Below, in pieces: positions 30,913 through 40,462 of a stretch of 64,000 nt of DNA; positions within the stretch are counted from its first letter, which is position 1, and every line of letters begins with the position of its first letter. The stretch spans positions 6,328 to 70,327 of the forward strand of contig JBKBKL010000002.1 in the NCBI GenBank assembly GCA_046294665.1. The letters are read 5' to 3'. The notes under the pieces are model-generated. The model made no database searches, had not been told where the DNA came from, and saw only the letters and a list, made by a program, of their open reading frames with translations. Made by a program: the position numbers and the translations under genes. The DNA comes from Runella sp. (GTDB taxonomy: Bacteria > Bacteroidota > Bacteroidia > Cytophagales > Spirosomataceae).

Positions 30913-32031
30913 TTGTTTTTTCGAGATATTATCGGCCACGACGATACTAAACGCGCCCTTTTGCGGGCTGTTCAGCACAATCACCTTGCCCATGCCCAGC
31001 TTTTCGACGGCAAGGCGGGTAGTGCCAACTTGGCGTTGGCGTTGGCATTGGCTACCTACCTCAACTGCGAAGACCGCCAGCCCGACGATGCCTGTGGCCA
31101 ATGTGCTTCTTGCTTCAAAATGCGTAAGTTGGTTCACCCCGACCTACATTTTGTCTTTCCGCTGCCACGTACTCCCAAAGAAGGTGAGGATTTGTTGGCC
31201 GAACTTACGCCTCAATGGCGCAGTTTTTTGACCGAATCACCTTATCGCACTTTATCAGATTGGTTGGCTTTTATAGGCACTTCTGGCAATCAACAGGGAA
31301 TTATACCTATCCGAGAAGCCCGCAATATCATCAACAAACTGGCATTGAAGTCTTTCGAGGGCGAGTACAAAATCATGCTGATTTGGCAGCCCGAACTGCT
31401 CAATAATCAAGCCGCCAACGCGCTTCTCAAGATTTTGGAAGAACCCCCTGCCAAGACACTGTTTTTGTTGGTAAGCAGCGAATCCGAACGCCTACTGACC
31501 ACTATCATATCTCGTACCCAGCGGGTGGTTGTTGGGGCTTTTGATGATGCCCAAATCACTCGATTTTTAACCCAAAAAGGAATAAACGAAACGCAAGCAC
31601 GCCAAGCAGCGTATTTGAGCGAAGGCAATTTGGCTACTGCCCTTCGTCTTTTGGAAGAAACTGACAATGACCGCCATACTTGGTTTGCGCACTGGATGCG
31701 TCGCTGCTACACTTGCGATTGGGTGGCATTGGTCAAATTGGCTGATGAGTTTGATGCCATGACCAAGGAAAAGCAAAAGGGTATTTTTGACTATTCGCTT
31801 CATCTTTTCAGAGATTTGCTACTGTGGCAAAATGGCGCAGAGGCACTAATACGCTTACAAGATGACGAACTCACCTTTGTCCAAAATTTTGGGAAAGTTG
31901 TAGAAGGAACAGCGATCGAAAGATTGATTCAAGAAATCAACGCGGGCTATTATCATCTTGAGCGTAATGCTCGCGCCAAAATCTTGTTTTTGGATATTTC
32001 GCTTACGGCAGCGCGGCTTTTGAGGAAATAG
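30913..32031 (+). CDS. holB: DNA polymerase III delta-prime subunit
   Basis: FRDIIGH, HAQLF, CGQCASC zinc motif, HPDLHF, AANALLKILEEPP, TIISRTQ. Confidence 0.92.
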   Translation: MFFRDIIGHDDTKRALLRAVQHNHLAHAQLFDGKAGSANLALALALATYLNCEDRQPDDACGQCASCFKMRKLVHPDLHFVFPLPRTPKEGEDLLAELTPQWRSFLTESPYRTLSDWLAFIGTSGNQQGIIPIREARNIINKLALKSFEGEYKIMLIWQPELLNNQAANALLKILEEPPAKTLFLLVSSESERLLTTIISRTQRVVVGAFDDAQITRFLTQKGINETQARQAAYLSEGNLATALRLLEETDNDRHTWFAHWMRRCYTCDWVALVKLADEFDAMTKEKQKGIFDYSLHLFRDLLLWQNGAEALIRLQDDELTFVQNFGKVVEGTAIERLIQEINAGYYHLERNARAKILFLDISLTAARLLRK

Positions 32032-35000
32032 TCCTTCGGTAAGCCCTCAATGGCTGTGCATTAATTCCCCACAAAATCGTTTCGTTGGTGACCAAAACAC
32101 TTCGTACTTCTCCTTTGAGTGCCAGTCCCGACTCATGCTGCTTTATATAAACAAAACTCCCACCACCTATATTTTTTAACAATACACCTTGATTGGCCGC
32201 ATAATGCCCCAGCCTAAGCCGCGTATGTAGTTGGTTGCCGGCCAAAAGTAAATCGTTTTTGCCGTCTTGATCGTAGTCAATGGCCAGCAACGCATGGACA
32301 GGAGCCAACTGCGCTTCAAGTGGCAGGGGCTGTTCGATGAATTTGCCGTCGGTAGTACTTACAAAAAGCGTCGTAGTCAGATGATTGGCCTCCAGCCGTT
32401 TGGCTTCATTGAGTTCGGACGAGTCGAAAATATCTTGGAGGGTGGCATTGGCGTAAGAATCGTAGTTGGGGAAGCGTTTGCCCATGATAGGCATTTGACC
32501 GATGAGTTCGTCGCGGGTGAGATAGGGGTAGCTTTTGCCCTGCACATAAGCACACAGGATAGGGTCAATTTTGCCGTTTTGGTCAAAGTCTTTATAATAC
32601 AATTCAACGGGCTGGCTATCAGAGGCTTTGAGTTGAGAATTGAGGCCAAGGTTGCCAATGACCAAATCCATTTTGCCGTCGCCATTGAAATCATCAACAA
32701 GGAGTTTGTTCCAAAAACCACTGTATTTTTTGGTGAAATAGCGGTCAGTGTGGTTTTCGGGTTTACCTTTTTTAAAGGACAAGACGGTTACGGGCATCCA
32801 TTCACCGACGATGATGAGTTCGGGGCGGCGGTCGCCGTCGAGGTCGAGCCATGCTGCGTCCGTAACCCCACCCCAGCCATCTCCTACCGAGAGAGGGGAG
32901 AATTTGGCAGGGGCGGTTTGTGTCAATACAAAACTTTGGGGCGGAGTCGGGTACTCACCGGGTACTACCCGCCCACCTACAAACAAGTCGGGCTTGCCGT
33001 CGGCATTGACATCGCCTACCCGCACACAACTTGTACTGACATACATCTGCGGTAATGCCGAGGGGCTTTTGACAAAATTCCCTCGACCGTCGTTGAGATA
33101 AAGGGCATCTTGCAGTAAGGGGTCATTGGGTTGGAAATTGGCATAGCCACCGTGGCATACGTACAAGTCCAAGTCGCCGTCGCTGTCGGCATCAAAGAAA
33201 GCAGCGTCAGCGGCATCGCTGGCGGCATCGGCTGCAAAGGCTGGTTGAGGTTTGGGGACAAATCGCCCGCCTTTCTGTTGCAAAAACAACTGGCTGGTAG
33301 CCCCGTTGCCTCCACCTACAAACACATCTTCTAAGCCATCGCCATTGACATCGGCTTTGGCCAAGCACGGCCCCACCTGCGACTGAGGATTGACCAACAA
33401 GGGCTGACGCTTGAAGTCGTTGTAAGATGCGGTTGGCATTTGGAAGGCTATGGGGGAAAGAGTTTCCTCAAAAATTACTTTCTCTAAAATAGCTTTTTTA
33501 GGGGTTTTCTGTGCATTTTTTTGTTCGAGAGTAAGGGTCTGGTCTGCCTTGACATTCCGAATTATTTCCTGACTACCATCAGGCCAAATCACTTGCAATG
33601 AATCAATTTGGGGGATTTTTTCTAACCCAAAATGCAGCGTAGGCGACACACTCGACTGGTAGCCACGCATGGGCATTTGCTCGAGATATTGGGTTTGGTT
33701 TTGAGCATAAAGTAAAATCTTAGCACCAATGCCGTAAGTATTGGGCGCATTTCCTTTGAGATTGATTTTCAAAAAATGGTGCTGATGAATCTGATTAGCA
33801 TTGTTTTGATAAATGAAGGCCGGTTGGTTGATGTTGTTTACGATCATATCTAAGTCGCCGTCATTGTCCAAATCTGCATAAGCTGCCCCGTTGCTGTTGG
33901 ATACTTGGTTCATGCCCCAAGCCGCTGCTTTATGGCTGAAAGTGAGGTCTTTATTGTTTTTGAAAACATAATTGACCACATTGGAGGCGGGCATTTGTTG
34001 GACGAGTTTCAGCACGTCGTCGCGGGTGATACGCCCTGCCGATTGCTGAAAATCATTCATGTATTTCAAGAAATCAAGGTTGGTGTAGTCGCGTAAGTAG
34101 CCATTGGTGATGTAGAGGTCTTTCCAACCGTCGTTGTCATAATCGGCAAACAATGCCGCCCACGACCAGTCGGTGTTGGAGATACCCGCCATTTGGGCTA
34201 TTTCGGTGAAGGCCGTAACCTCACCCCCTGCCCCCTCTCCTTGGGAAGGAGAGGGGAACGAGCGCAGCGAGGGGGTGAGGTGCAGCATATTGCGCATAAA
34301 CTGCTTATGAAACCCTGAGCGTACTGTCATCTCAAACTTGTCATAATTGTCGGGAGCCATCAGAAGTTTTTGGCGGCGGTTGTCTTCGGGGAGCATATCG
34401 AGCGTAAAAACGTCGGGTGTGGCATCGTTGTTTACGTCAGCTACGTCGTTGCCCATCGAGAAATGCGAAGTATAGGGCATAAACTGCCCGAGCATATCTT
34501 TGAAGCCTTTCCCTTGTTGATTGATGTAAAGGCGGTCGGGAATAGTGTAGTCATTGCTGACATAAATATCAAGCCAGCCGTCTTGATTGAAATCGGCTAT
34601 ACCCGCCCCCAAACCATAAGACAGTGGCGAATCGTTGATGCCGCTTTGAGCGGTGATGTCTTTGAACCTCACCCCCTGCCCCCTCTCCTTGGGAAGGAGA
34701 GGGGAGCGAGCGTAGCGAGGGGGTGAGGTCATTATATTTTCAAACAACCTACACCCGCTCACAGGGTCATGGACTTTGATTAACTCCGCACTATTTGCTT
34801 CGTTGAGTATAGGTAACGATTTGATGTTGTGGTTGAGCAGGAACAAATCCAAATCACCGTCGCGGTCGAAGTCAAAGAAATAAGCCTGTGTACTTGAGGT
34901 AGGTTGGTCGAGGCCGTAATCGGCAGCTTGCTCTATGAAAGTAGGGATACCTTGGGCGTTGTTGCCTTGATTGATGAAAAGCTCATTTCGTTTTTTTTCG

Positions 35001-35452
35001 GGAGGCAGATTCCCCGAATGACACACGAAAATATCTAACCGCCCATCGCCGTTTATATCGGCCATCGTTACACCTGTACGCCAAGGGCCGGGTCGTCCGG
35101 CAGCACCCGAAGCCGAAGTGATGTCTTCAAACTTAATCTCACTCCCCTGACCTACTTTACTTCGGTTGAGATAAAGTCGGTTTTCGCTCATATTGGCGGT
35201 GAAGTAAAGATCATCGAGGCCATCGCCATTGAGGTCGCCTACGGTTACGCCACCTCCATTGTAGAAATATTCGTACATCAGTACGTTGGTATTGGGGCCT
35301 TCGTTGATGATATTCTGAAAATCCACACCGGTCTGTTCGGGTGTCAGGAGCGTGAAAAGCGGCGATTCGTCAGCGGTTTTTTCAGTTGATTTTTGGGTTG
35401 AACAACTTGCCAAAGCAATCCACAAGAAGGTAAGGGAAAGAAAGTATTTCAT
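32003..35452 (-). CDS. FG-GAP/VCBS-repeat lipoprotein with ASPIC/UnbV domain (CRTAC1-like)
   Basis: Lipobox LASC, YEYFYNGGGV, many DxNxDGxxD repeats, RGYQSSVSPTLHFGL, IWPDG. Confidence 0.92.
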   Translation of the reverse strand: MKYFLSLTFLWIALASCSTQKSTEKTADESPLFTLLTPEQTGVDFQNIINEGPNTNVLMYEYFYNGGGVTVGDLNGDGLDDLYFTANMSENRLYLNRSKVGQGSEIKFEDITSASGAAGRPGPWRTGVTMADINGDGRLDIFVCHSGNLPPEKKRNELFINQGNNAQGIPTFIEQAADYGLDQPTSSTQAYFFDFDRDGDLDLFLLNHNIKSLPILNEANSAELIKVHDPVSGCRLFENIMTSPPRYARSPLLPKERGQGVRFKDITAQSGINDSPLSYGLGAGIADFNQDGWLDIYVSNDYTIPDRLYINQQGKGFKDMLGQFMPYTSHFSMGNDVADVNNDATPDVFTLDMLPEDNRRQKLLMAPDNYDKFEMTVRSGFHKQFMRNMLHLTPSLRSFPSPSQGEGAGGEVTAFTEIAQMAGISNTDWSWAALFADYDNDGWKDLYITNGYLRDYTNLDFLKYMNDFQQSAGRITRDDVLKLVQQMPASNVVNYVFKNNKDLTFSHKAAAWGMNQVSNSNGAAYADLDNDGDLDMIVNNINQPAFIYQNNANQIHQHHFLKINLKGNAPNTYGIGAKILLYAQNQTQYLEQMPMRGYQSSVSPTLHFGLEKIPQIDSLQVIWPDGSQEIIRNVKADQTLTLEQKNAQKTPKKAILEKVIFEETLSPIAFQMPTASYNDFKRQPLLVNPQSQVGPCLAKADVNGDGLEDVFVGGGNGATSQLFLQQKGGRFVPKPQPAFAADAASDAADAAFFDADSDGDLDLYVCHGGYANFQPNDPLLQDALYLNDGRGNFVKSPSALPQMYVSTSCVRVGDVNADGKPDLFVGGRVVPGEYPTPPQSFVLTQTAPAKFSPLSVGDGWGGVTDAAWLDLDGDRRPELIIVGEWMPVTVLSFKKGKPENHTDRYFTKKYSGFWNKLLVDDFNGDGKMDLVIGNLGLNSQLKASDSQPVELYYKDFDQNGKIDPILCAYVQGKSYPYLTRDELIGQMPIMGKRFPNYDSYANATLQDIFDSSELNEAKRLEANHLTTTLFVSTTDGKFIEQPLPLEAQLAPVHALLAIDYDQDGKNDLLLAGNQLHTRLRLGHYAANQGVLLKNIGGGSFVYIKQHESGLALKGEVRSVLVTNETILWGINAQPLRAYRRTISSKAALP
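32865..32900. repeat. Decayed in-frame copy of the 64-bp palindromic element
   Basis: ACCCCACCCCAGCCATCTCCTACCGAGAGAGGGGAG, read as SPLSVGDGWGG on the coding strand. Confidence 0.55.
34218..34281. repeat. 64-bp palindromic MITE/REP-like element within a CDS (copy A)
   Basis: 12-bp terminal IR ACCTCACCCCCT/AGGGGGTGAGGT, inner hairpin CCCCTCTCCTT-ggg-AAGGAGAGGGG; peptide LTPSLRSFPSPSQGEGAGGEV. Confidence 0.92.
34666..34729. repeat. 64-bp palindromic MITE/REP-like element within a CDS (copy B)
   Basis: 62/64 identical to copy A but in another frame; peptide TSPPRYARSPLLPKERGQGVR. Confidence 0.92.
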
Positions 35453-35775
35453 TGAAAGGTCGGTTTTCAAAATTTTTTTACGAAGATTACGCAGATTTAT
35501 GAGATTTGTACGATAGTGTTTTTAAGAATTTTTGAACTGTAATTTTGACAAACGTACTGATATGCCATAAGTGCTTTAGTATAAATCGCTTCGAATAGGT
35601 ATATGTTCTGAAAAATGTGTTTTTAGAACTAACAACAGACCGACTTTTTTACCTATCTTGTTTAATTGGTATCCTAATCTGTCAAAGAATAATATTATTG
35701 GGATTCCATTGCCACTTATATCGTTACAAGGTATTGAAATCATATAAAACCTTTTTTCTGAAAAAGCCTGAAACC

Positions 35776-38700
35776 ATGTTTGTTCCTAAAACCTTCCAGC
35801 GTCAAATCCGCATTGCTTGCGTACTATCGCTCCTTATCGTAGCCTGTATGCGTACCCCTCGCACGAGTACCTCCGAACCTGTGATAGTACGAGAAAATGC
35901 AGCCAATGCCCAAATGAAGTCCAAAGAAATTCGAGAAAAAACGGCTATCAAATTGGCCGATGGCCTTCAAATGACCCTTTGGGCTTCTGACTCCCTTGCT
36001 CCCGACCCTGTGGCGATGACCATGGACGACTTCGGGCGGGTATATATCAACCGCACCAATCGTCAAAAAAACTCCGAGTTTGATATTCGCGGCTATCGGC
36101 ATTGGATGACAGAGTCTATTGGCTTCCAGACAGTAGAAGACCGACGGGCATTCTTGCGCCGTACCTTCGCGCCCGAAAAAAGCGACCAAAACAAATGGCT
36201 TCAAGACCTCAATGAAGACGGCTCGCACGACTGGCGCGACTTGGCCGTAGAAAAAGACGAAATCTGGCGACTCGAAGACACCGACAACGACGGCATCGCT
36301 GATATATCGCTCCGTATTTTGGAGGATTTTCATGAAGAAATCACCGATGTAGCTGGGGGTATGCTGGTACGTGCCAAAGATATGTTTGTGGGCATCGCCC
36401 CCGATTTGTGGCGGCTGGAAGACCGAAATGGCGATGGCCTCATAGACAAAAAAACTTCAATCAGCCACGGCTACGGAGTGCATATTGGCTTTAGTGGACA
36501 CGGTATGTCGGGCGTAACTGAAGGCCCCGACGGGCGTATTTACTGGAATATCGGCGACATCGGAGCCAACATCACCGCTCCCGACGGAAAACGCTGGGAA
36601 AGTCCCAACTCTGGCCTCATTGCCCGCTCCAACCCCGATGGCTCTGATTTTGAGTTGTTTGCCACTGGCTTACGCAATACGCACGAGTTTGTGTTTGACC
36701 AATATGGCAACCTCATCTCCTCCGACAACGACGGCGACCACCCCGGCGAAAGCGAACGCCTCGTCCATATCGTAGAAGGCCACGATGCCGGCTGGCGCAG
36801 CAACTGGCAATACGGCAAATACACCGACCCACGCAACAACCGCTACAACGTATGGATGAACGAAAAACTCTTTAAACCTCGCTGGGAGGGACAAGCGGCC
36901 TATATTTTGCCGCCCATTATGAATTATCACAACGGCCCGACAGGTATGCAGTTCAACCCCGGTACGGCTTTGGGTAGTGAATGGAAAAATAAGTTTTTCC
37001 TTGTTGAGTTTGTCGGGACACCGGCGCGTTCACCTATTTGGGCGTTTAGCCTAAAACCCAAAGGAGCTACTTTCGAGCTTGAAAGCGAAAAAAACATCGT
37101 GAGTGGTATATTGCCCACAGGCATCAAATTCGGCCCCGACGGTGCACTCTACATCGCCGACTGGATCAATGGCTGGGATACCAAAAACTATGGCCGTGTA
37201 TGGCGGCTCGACGTTACGCCCGATAAAAATGACCTTGCCACCCAACGCCAAGAAACCAAGCGACTGATGCAGTTGGATTATACAAAGCAATCAGACGAAC
37301 AATTATACCAACTTCTGATGTACGAAGACATGCGGATTCGTCAAAAAGCGCAGTTTGCATTGGTCAATCGGGGCAAAAAAGGTATGATACAACTTCAAAA
37401 TGCAGCTACTCAAAAAGAAAACCAATTAGCACGTATTCACGGGATTTGGGGAATTGGGCAGCTTACTCGTAAAAATATCGCCTATGCCTCTGCTTTACTT
37501 CCACTCCTTCAAGATACTGACCCCGAAATCGTAGCCCAGTCAGCCAAAATGTTGGGCGATGCGCGGGTGTCGTCGGCAGGGAGTTTGATGACTCCACTCC
37601 TCAAAAGCCCACACCCGCGAGTACAGTTTTATGCTGCCGAAGCCTTGGGTCGAATGGCGTACTCCGATGCAGTGATGCCTTTACTCAGTATGCTGGAGGC
37701 CAACAATGACCAAGACCTTTATTTGCGTCATGCGGCTATCGTCGCTCTGGCACGTATCGGAAAAGTAGAGCCAATCGTCGCATTGGCAAATCACCAAAGC
37801 AAAGCCCTCCGTACAGCAGCGGTGGTAGTTTTGAGAAGATTGCGAAACGACAACGTAGCTTTGTTTCTCAAAGACAAAGACGAGTACATCGTAGCCGAAG
37901 CCGCCCGCGCTATCAACGATGACCTCTCAATTCCCAACGCCCTTCCTACTTTGGCAGCCCTGCTCAATGCCCCCAAAATCTCTGAAAATGAAGTCATCTG
38001 GAGGCGAGCCATCAATGCCGCCTTGCGCGTGGGAGGTGATACCGAGCTTCAAACACTCATTAGTTTTGCCAAACGCTCGGATATTTCAGACGACATGAAA
38101 GCCGAAGCTCTCGCTGCCTTGGGTACATGGGCCAATCCTTCGCCTACCGACCGCGTGGACGGGCGGCACAGGGGCATTATCACCCGCGATTTGGCCAGTG
38201 TCAAAGCCAAAGTAGCCCCGCATGTTGCTGATTTCCTCAAAACCTCAAACCCCGAAACCCTCGTGGCGGTGGCGGGTCTTTTGGGCGATTTGCAGATTGA
38301 CAGCTTCAACGAAAATTTGGTTCGGTTGTTCAATACCACCGACAACGCCAAAGTAAAAGCAGCTATTTTGCCAGCTTTAAATCGGCTCAATTACCGCCAA
38401 ATAGACGCTATCATCAAACGAGGCATGGAAGACAAAGAAGAATCTGTACGAACGGTGGCACTGGGGCTACTGTCCAACCAAAACGTAACCAAAGAAAGCC
38501 TGCCGCAGATTGTGAGTACGGTTTTTGGGCGCAATAGCCCCAAAGAGCAGCAAAAACTACTCGAAGCCTTAGCCAAAATGGAAGCCGACAAAACACAAGT
38601 CATTTTAGAAAATCTCATAGACCAACTCCGCGACAAGAAACTATCGCCCAACCTCGCCCTCGAACTCCGCGAAGCCGTAGAAGCCTCGGGGGTAGCTTCT

Positions 38701-39186
38701 CTCAAAAACAAAATGGCAGCCCTCAAACCTACCGATGCTACTGCTGAATACGCCGAAACACTCTACGGCGGTACGTATTTTACGGGACGTAACATCTTCA
38801 ATAATAACTCCGCCGCCCAATGTGTACGCTGCCATGCCGTGGGCAATACGGGCGGTATCGTAGGACCTAACCTCAGCAACATTGGCAATACCCTCACCCG
38901 CGAACAAATCTTGGAGGCATTGGTTGAGCCATCGGCACGTATCGCCCCCGGCTATGGCATGGTTACGCTCACTCTCCGAGATGGTAGCGTCGTGTCGGGT
39001 ACGTTGGCCAAAGAAACCGACGACCAAATCACCCTCACTACCTCCGATGCCGAGCCGCTCGTGATAGCCACCGCCCGCGTAGCCAAGCGCGACAACTTCC
39101 CGTCGAGTATGCCGCCTATGGGGAGTATTTTATCAAAACGCGAAATACGTGATTTGGTAGAATATTTGGCCAATCTAAGAAAGTAA
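35776..39186 (+). CDS. PVC-type heme-binding protein: dehydrogenase-like propeller, HEAT repeats and C-terminal cytochrome c
   Basis: Lipobox IVAC, FATGLRNTHEFVFD, FGPDGALYIADW, HEAT repeats, CVRCH, VGPNLSNIG, SSMPPM. ATG 35776 preferred. Confidence 0.88.
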   Translation: MFVPKTFQRQIRIACVLSLLIVACMRTPRTSTSEPVIVRENAANAQMKSKEIREKTAIKLADGLQMTLWASDSLAPDPVAMTMDDFGRVYINRTNRQKNSEFDIRGYRHWMTESIGFQTVEDRRAFLRRTFAPEKSDQNKWLQDLNEDGSHDWRDLAVEKDEIWRLEDTDNDGIADISLRILEDFHEEITDVAGGMLVRAKDMFVGIAPDLWRLEDRNGDGLIDKKTSISHGYGVHIGFSGHGMSGVTEGPDGRIYWNIGDIGANITAPDGKRWESPNSGLIARSNPDGSDFELFATGLRNTHEFVFDQYGNLISSDNDGDHPGESERLVHIVEGHDAGWRSNWQYGKYTDPRNNRYNVWMNEKLFKPRWEGQAAYILPPIMNYHNGPTGMQFNPGTALGSEWKNKFFLVEFVGTPARSPIWAFSLKPKGATFELESEKNIVSGILPTGIKFGPDGALYIADWINGWDTKNYGRVWRLDVTPDKNDLATQRQETKRLMQLDYTKQSDEQLYQLLMYEDMRIRQKAQFALVNRGKKGMIQLQNAATQKENQLARIHGIWGIGQLTRKNIAYASALLPLLQDTDPEIVAQSAKMLGDARVSSAGSLMTPLLKSPHPRVQFYAAEALGRMAYSDAVMPLLSMLEANNDQDLYLRHAAIVALARIGKVEPIVALANHQSKALRTAAVVVLRRLRNDNVALFLKDKDEYIVAEAARAINDDLSIPNALPTLAALLNAPKISENEVIWRRAINAALRVGGDTELQTLISFAKRSDISDDMKAEALAALGTWANPSPTDRVDGRHRGIITRDLASVKAKVAPHVADFLKTSNPETLVAVAGLLGDLQIDSFNENLVRLFNTTDNAKVKAAILPALNRLNYRQIDAIIKRGMEDKEESVRTVALGLLSNQNVTKESLPQIVSTVFGRNSPKEQQKLLEALAKMEADKTQVILENLIDQLRDKKLSPNLALELREAVEASGVASLKNKMAALKPTDATAEYAETLYGGTYFTGRNIFNNNSAAQCVRCHAVGNTGGIVGPNLSNIGNTLTREQILEALVEPSARIAPGYGMVTLTLRDGSVVSGTLAKETDDQITLTTSDAEPLVIATARVAKRDNFPSSMPPMGSILSKREIRDLVEYLANLRK

Positions 39187-39212
39187 TCAAGCAATGTCTA
39201 TTTTTGAATAAC

Positions 39213-39253
39213 AGCGACAGAATTGCTCAAAGCGATTCTGTCGCTTGGTTTTT
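39213..39253 (+). terminator. Intrinsic terminator
   Basis: AGCGACAGAATTGCT-caa-AGCGATTCTGTCGCT then TGGTTTTT. Confidence 0.75.
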
Positions 39254-39328
39254 ATATCTCGTATTTTCAAAAAAAACACCTACCCTTTCCAACCTTTTCG
39301 CGCTTGTATCTACACTTTGTGAGTGAAT

Positions 39329-39844
39329 ATGACCGAAGCCCAACTCATCGAAGGATGCCTGCGCCAAGAGCGAATCGCCCAGCGGCTATTGTACGACCGC
39401 TACAAATCGGCCATGTATACGCTGGCCTATCGCATCACCGGCGACTTTGACGAAGCCAATAGCGTACTTCAAGATACGTTCGTGATGGTCTTTCGGCAGA
39501 TCAGTCAGTTTCGAGGAGAGGCTACGCTGGGTGCTTGGATCAAAGCCATTTTGGTCAGAAAAGCCTATTCCGTAGCTCGTAAAACCAAAATCTTTGTACC
39601 CGTCGAACAACTCCCCGAAGAAGCAGAGCCGACCGATTGGTACAATGAGGGCATAGACGGCGAATACCTCGAAAAAGCAATTCTGTTGCTACCCGAAGGA
39701 GCAAGAGCGGTTTTTGTACTCATCGAGATAGAAGGCTACAACCACCGCGAAGTAGCCGAAATGCTCCAAATCAGCGAGGGTACGTCGAAGTCGCAGTTGA
39801 ATTATGCCAAAAAGAAACTTAGGGAAAAACTGCGAGGAGTTTAA
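39329..39844 (+). CDS. ECF RNA polymerase sigma factor
   Basis: LQDTFV, LGAWIKAI, LPEGARAVFVLIEIEGYNHREVAEMLQISEGTSKSQL. Confidence 0.93.
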   Translation: MTEAQLIEGCLRQERIAQRLLYDRYKSAMYTLAYRITGDFDEANSVLQDTFVMVFRQISQFRGEATLGAWIKAILVRKAYSVARKTKIFVPVEQLPEEAEPTDWYNEGIDGEYLEKAILLLPEGARAVFVLIEIEGYNHREVAEMLQISEGTSKSQLNYAKKKLREKLRGV

Positions 39845-39890
39845 GTGGAAAGTTTAAAGGAGAAAGTTAAAAGTGGAAAGTTTAAAGTGG
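39841..39890. repeat. 14-bp-period tandem repeat between sigma and anti-sigma
   Basis: TTAAGTGGAAAGTT TAAAGGAGAAAGTT AAAAGTGGAAAGTT TAAAGTGG. Confidence 0.7.
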
Positions 39891-39896
39891 CAGCAA

Positions 39897-40457
39897 ATGA
39901 AAATGAAAGACAGACTACCTACATACACGCCACCCGCTACGGTATGGGAGCGTATTGCCGAAGAATTGAGTCCACTTCGAGAAGTAGAAAAATATGCTCC
40001 TCCAGCGTCTGTATGGGATAATATTGAGGGGCAACTTGACGAGCGACACAAGGGAAAAAATTACTTTTTGCGGAGCGAATGGCTTTGGAAGTTGAGTGTA
40101 GCAGCGAGCATTTCAGTATTCGTTGTGGCTTTGGGTTGGTGGTTTTGGCAAAGTGAGACGCACAAAGAGCAAATCAGCTACTCAGTCGAACATACTCCTG
40201 TCAAAACCATCAGTATAAATCATCAGATTGATGCCGAATACGAACGTATCAAAGCACTTTGCAGCAATCGTGTAGCCGTATGCGAAACTCCCGATTTTAG
40301 GGCTTTACAAAAACAACTCGACGAACTGACCGTAGCCAGCCAACGCCTCCAAGAAGCCATAGGCGACTACAACACCGACGAGGCACTCGCACAACAGTTG
40401 GAAGCCATCGAGCAGCAACGCAGCCAACTGCTCCAACAACTCACCCTCAAAATTTAA
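39897..40457 (+). CDS. Putative anti-sigma factor
   Basis: Duplicated Y(T/A)PPA(T/S)VW(E/D)xI motif, TM segment SVAASISVFVVALGWW, C-terminal coiled coil; follows the ECF gene. Confidence 0.75.
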   Translation: MKMKDRLPTYTPPATVWERIAEELSPLREVEKYAPPASVWDNIEGQLDERHKGKNYFLRSEWLWKLSVAASISVFVVALGWWFWQSETHKEQISYSVEHTPVKTISINHQIDAEYERIKALCSNRVAVCETPDFRALQKQLDELTVASQRLQEAIGDYNTDEALAQQLEAIEQQRSQLLQQLTLKI

Positions 40458-40462
40458 CAGAC

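Noticed and set aside
32003-32031. 29-bp convergent overlap of holB and the FG-GAP gene, and the 4-bp overlap at 24663-24666
   Set aside because: Short tail-to-tail overlaps are common in compact genomes and both proteins look complete.
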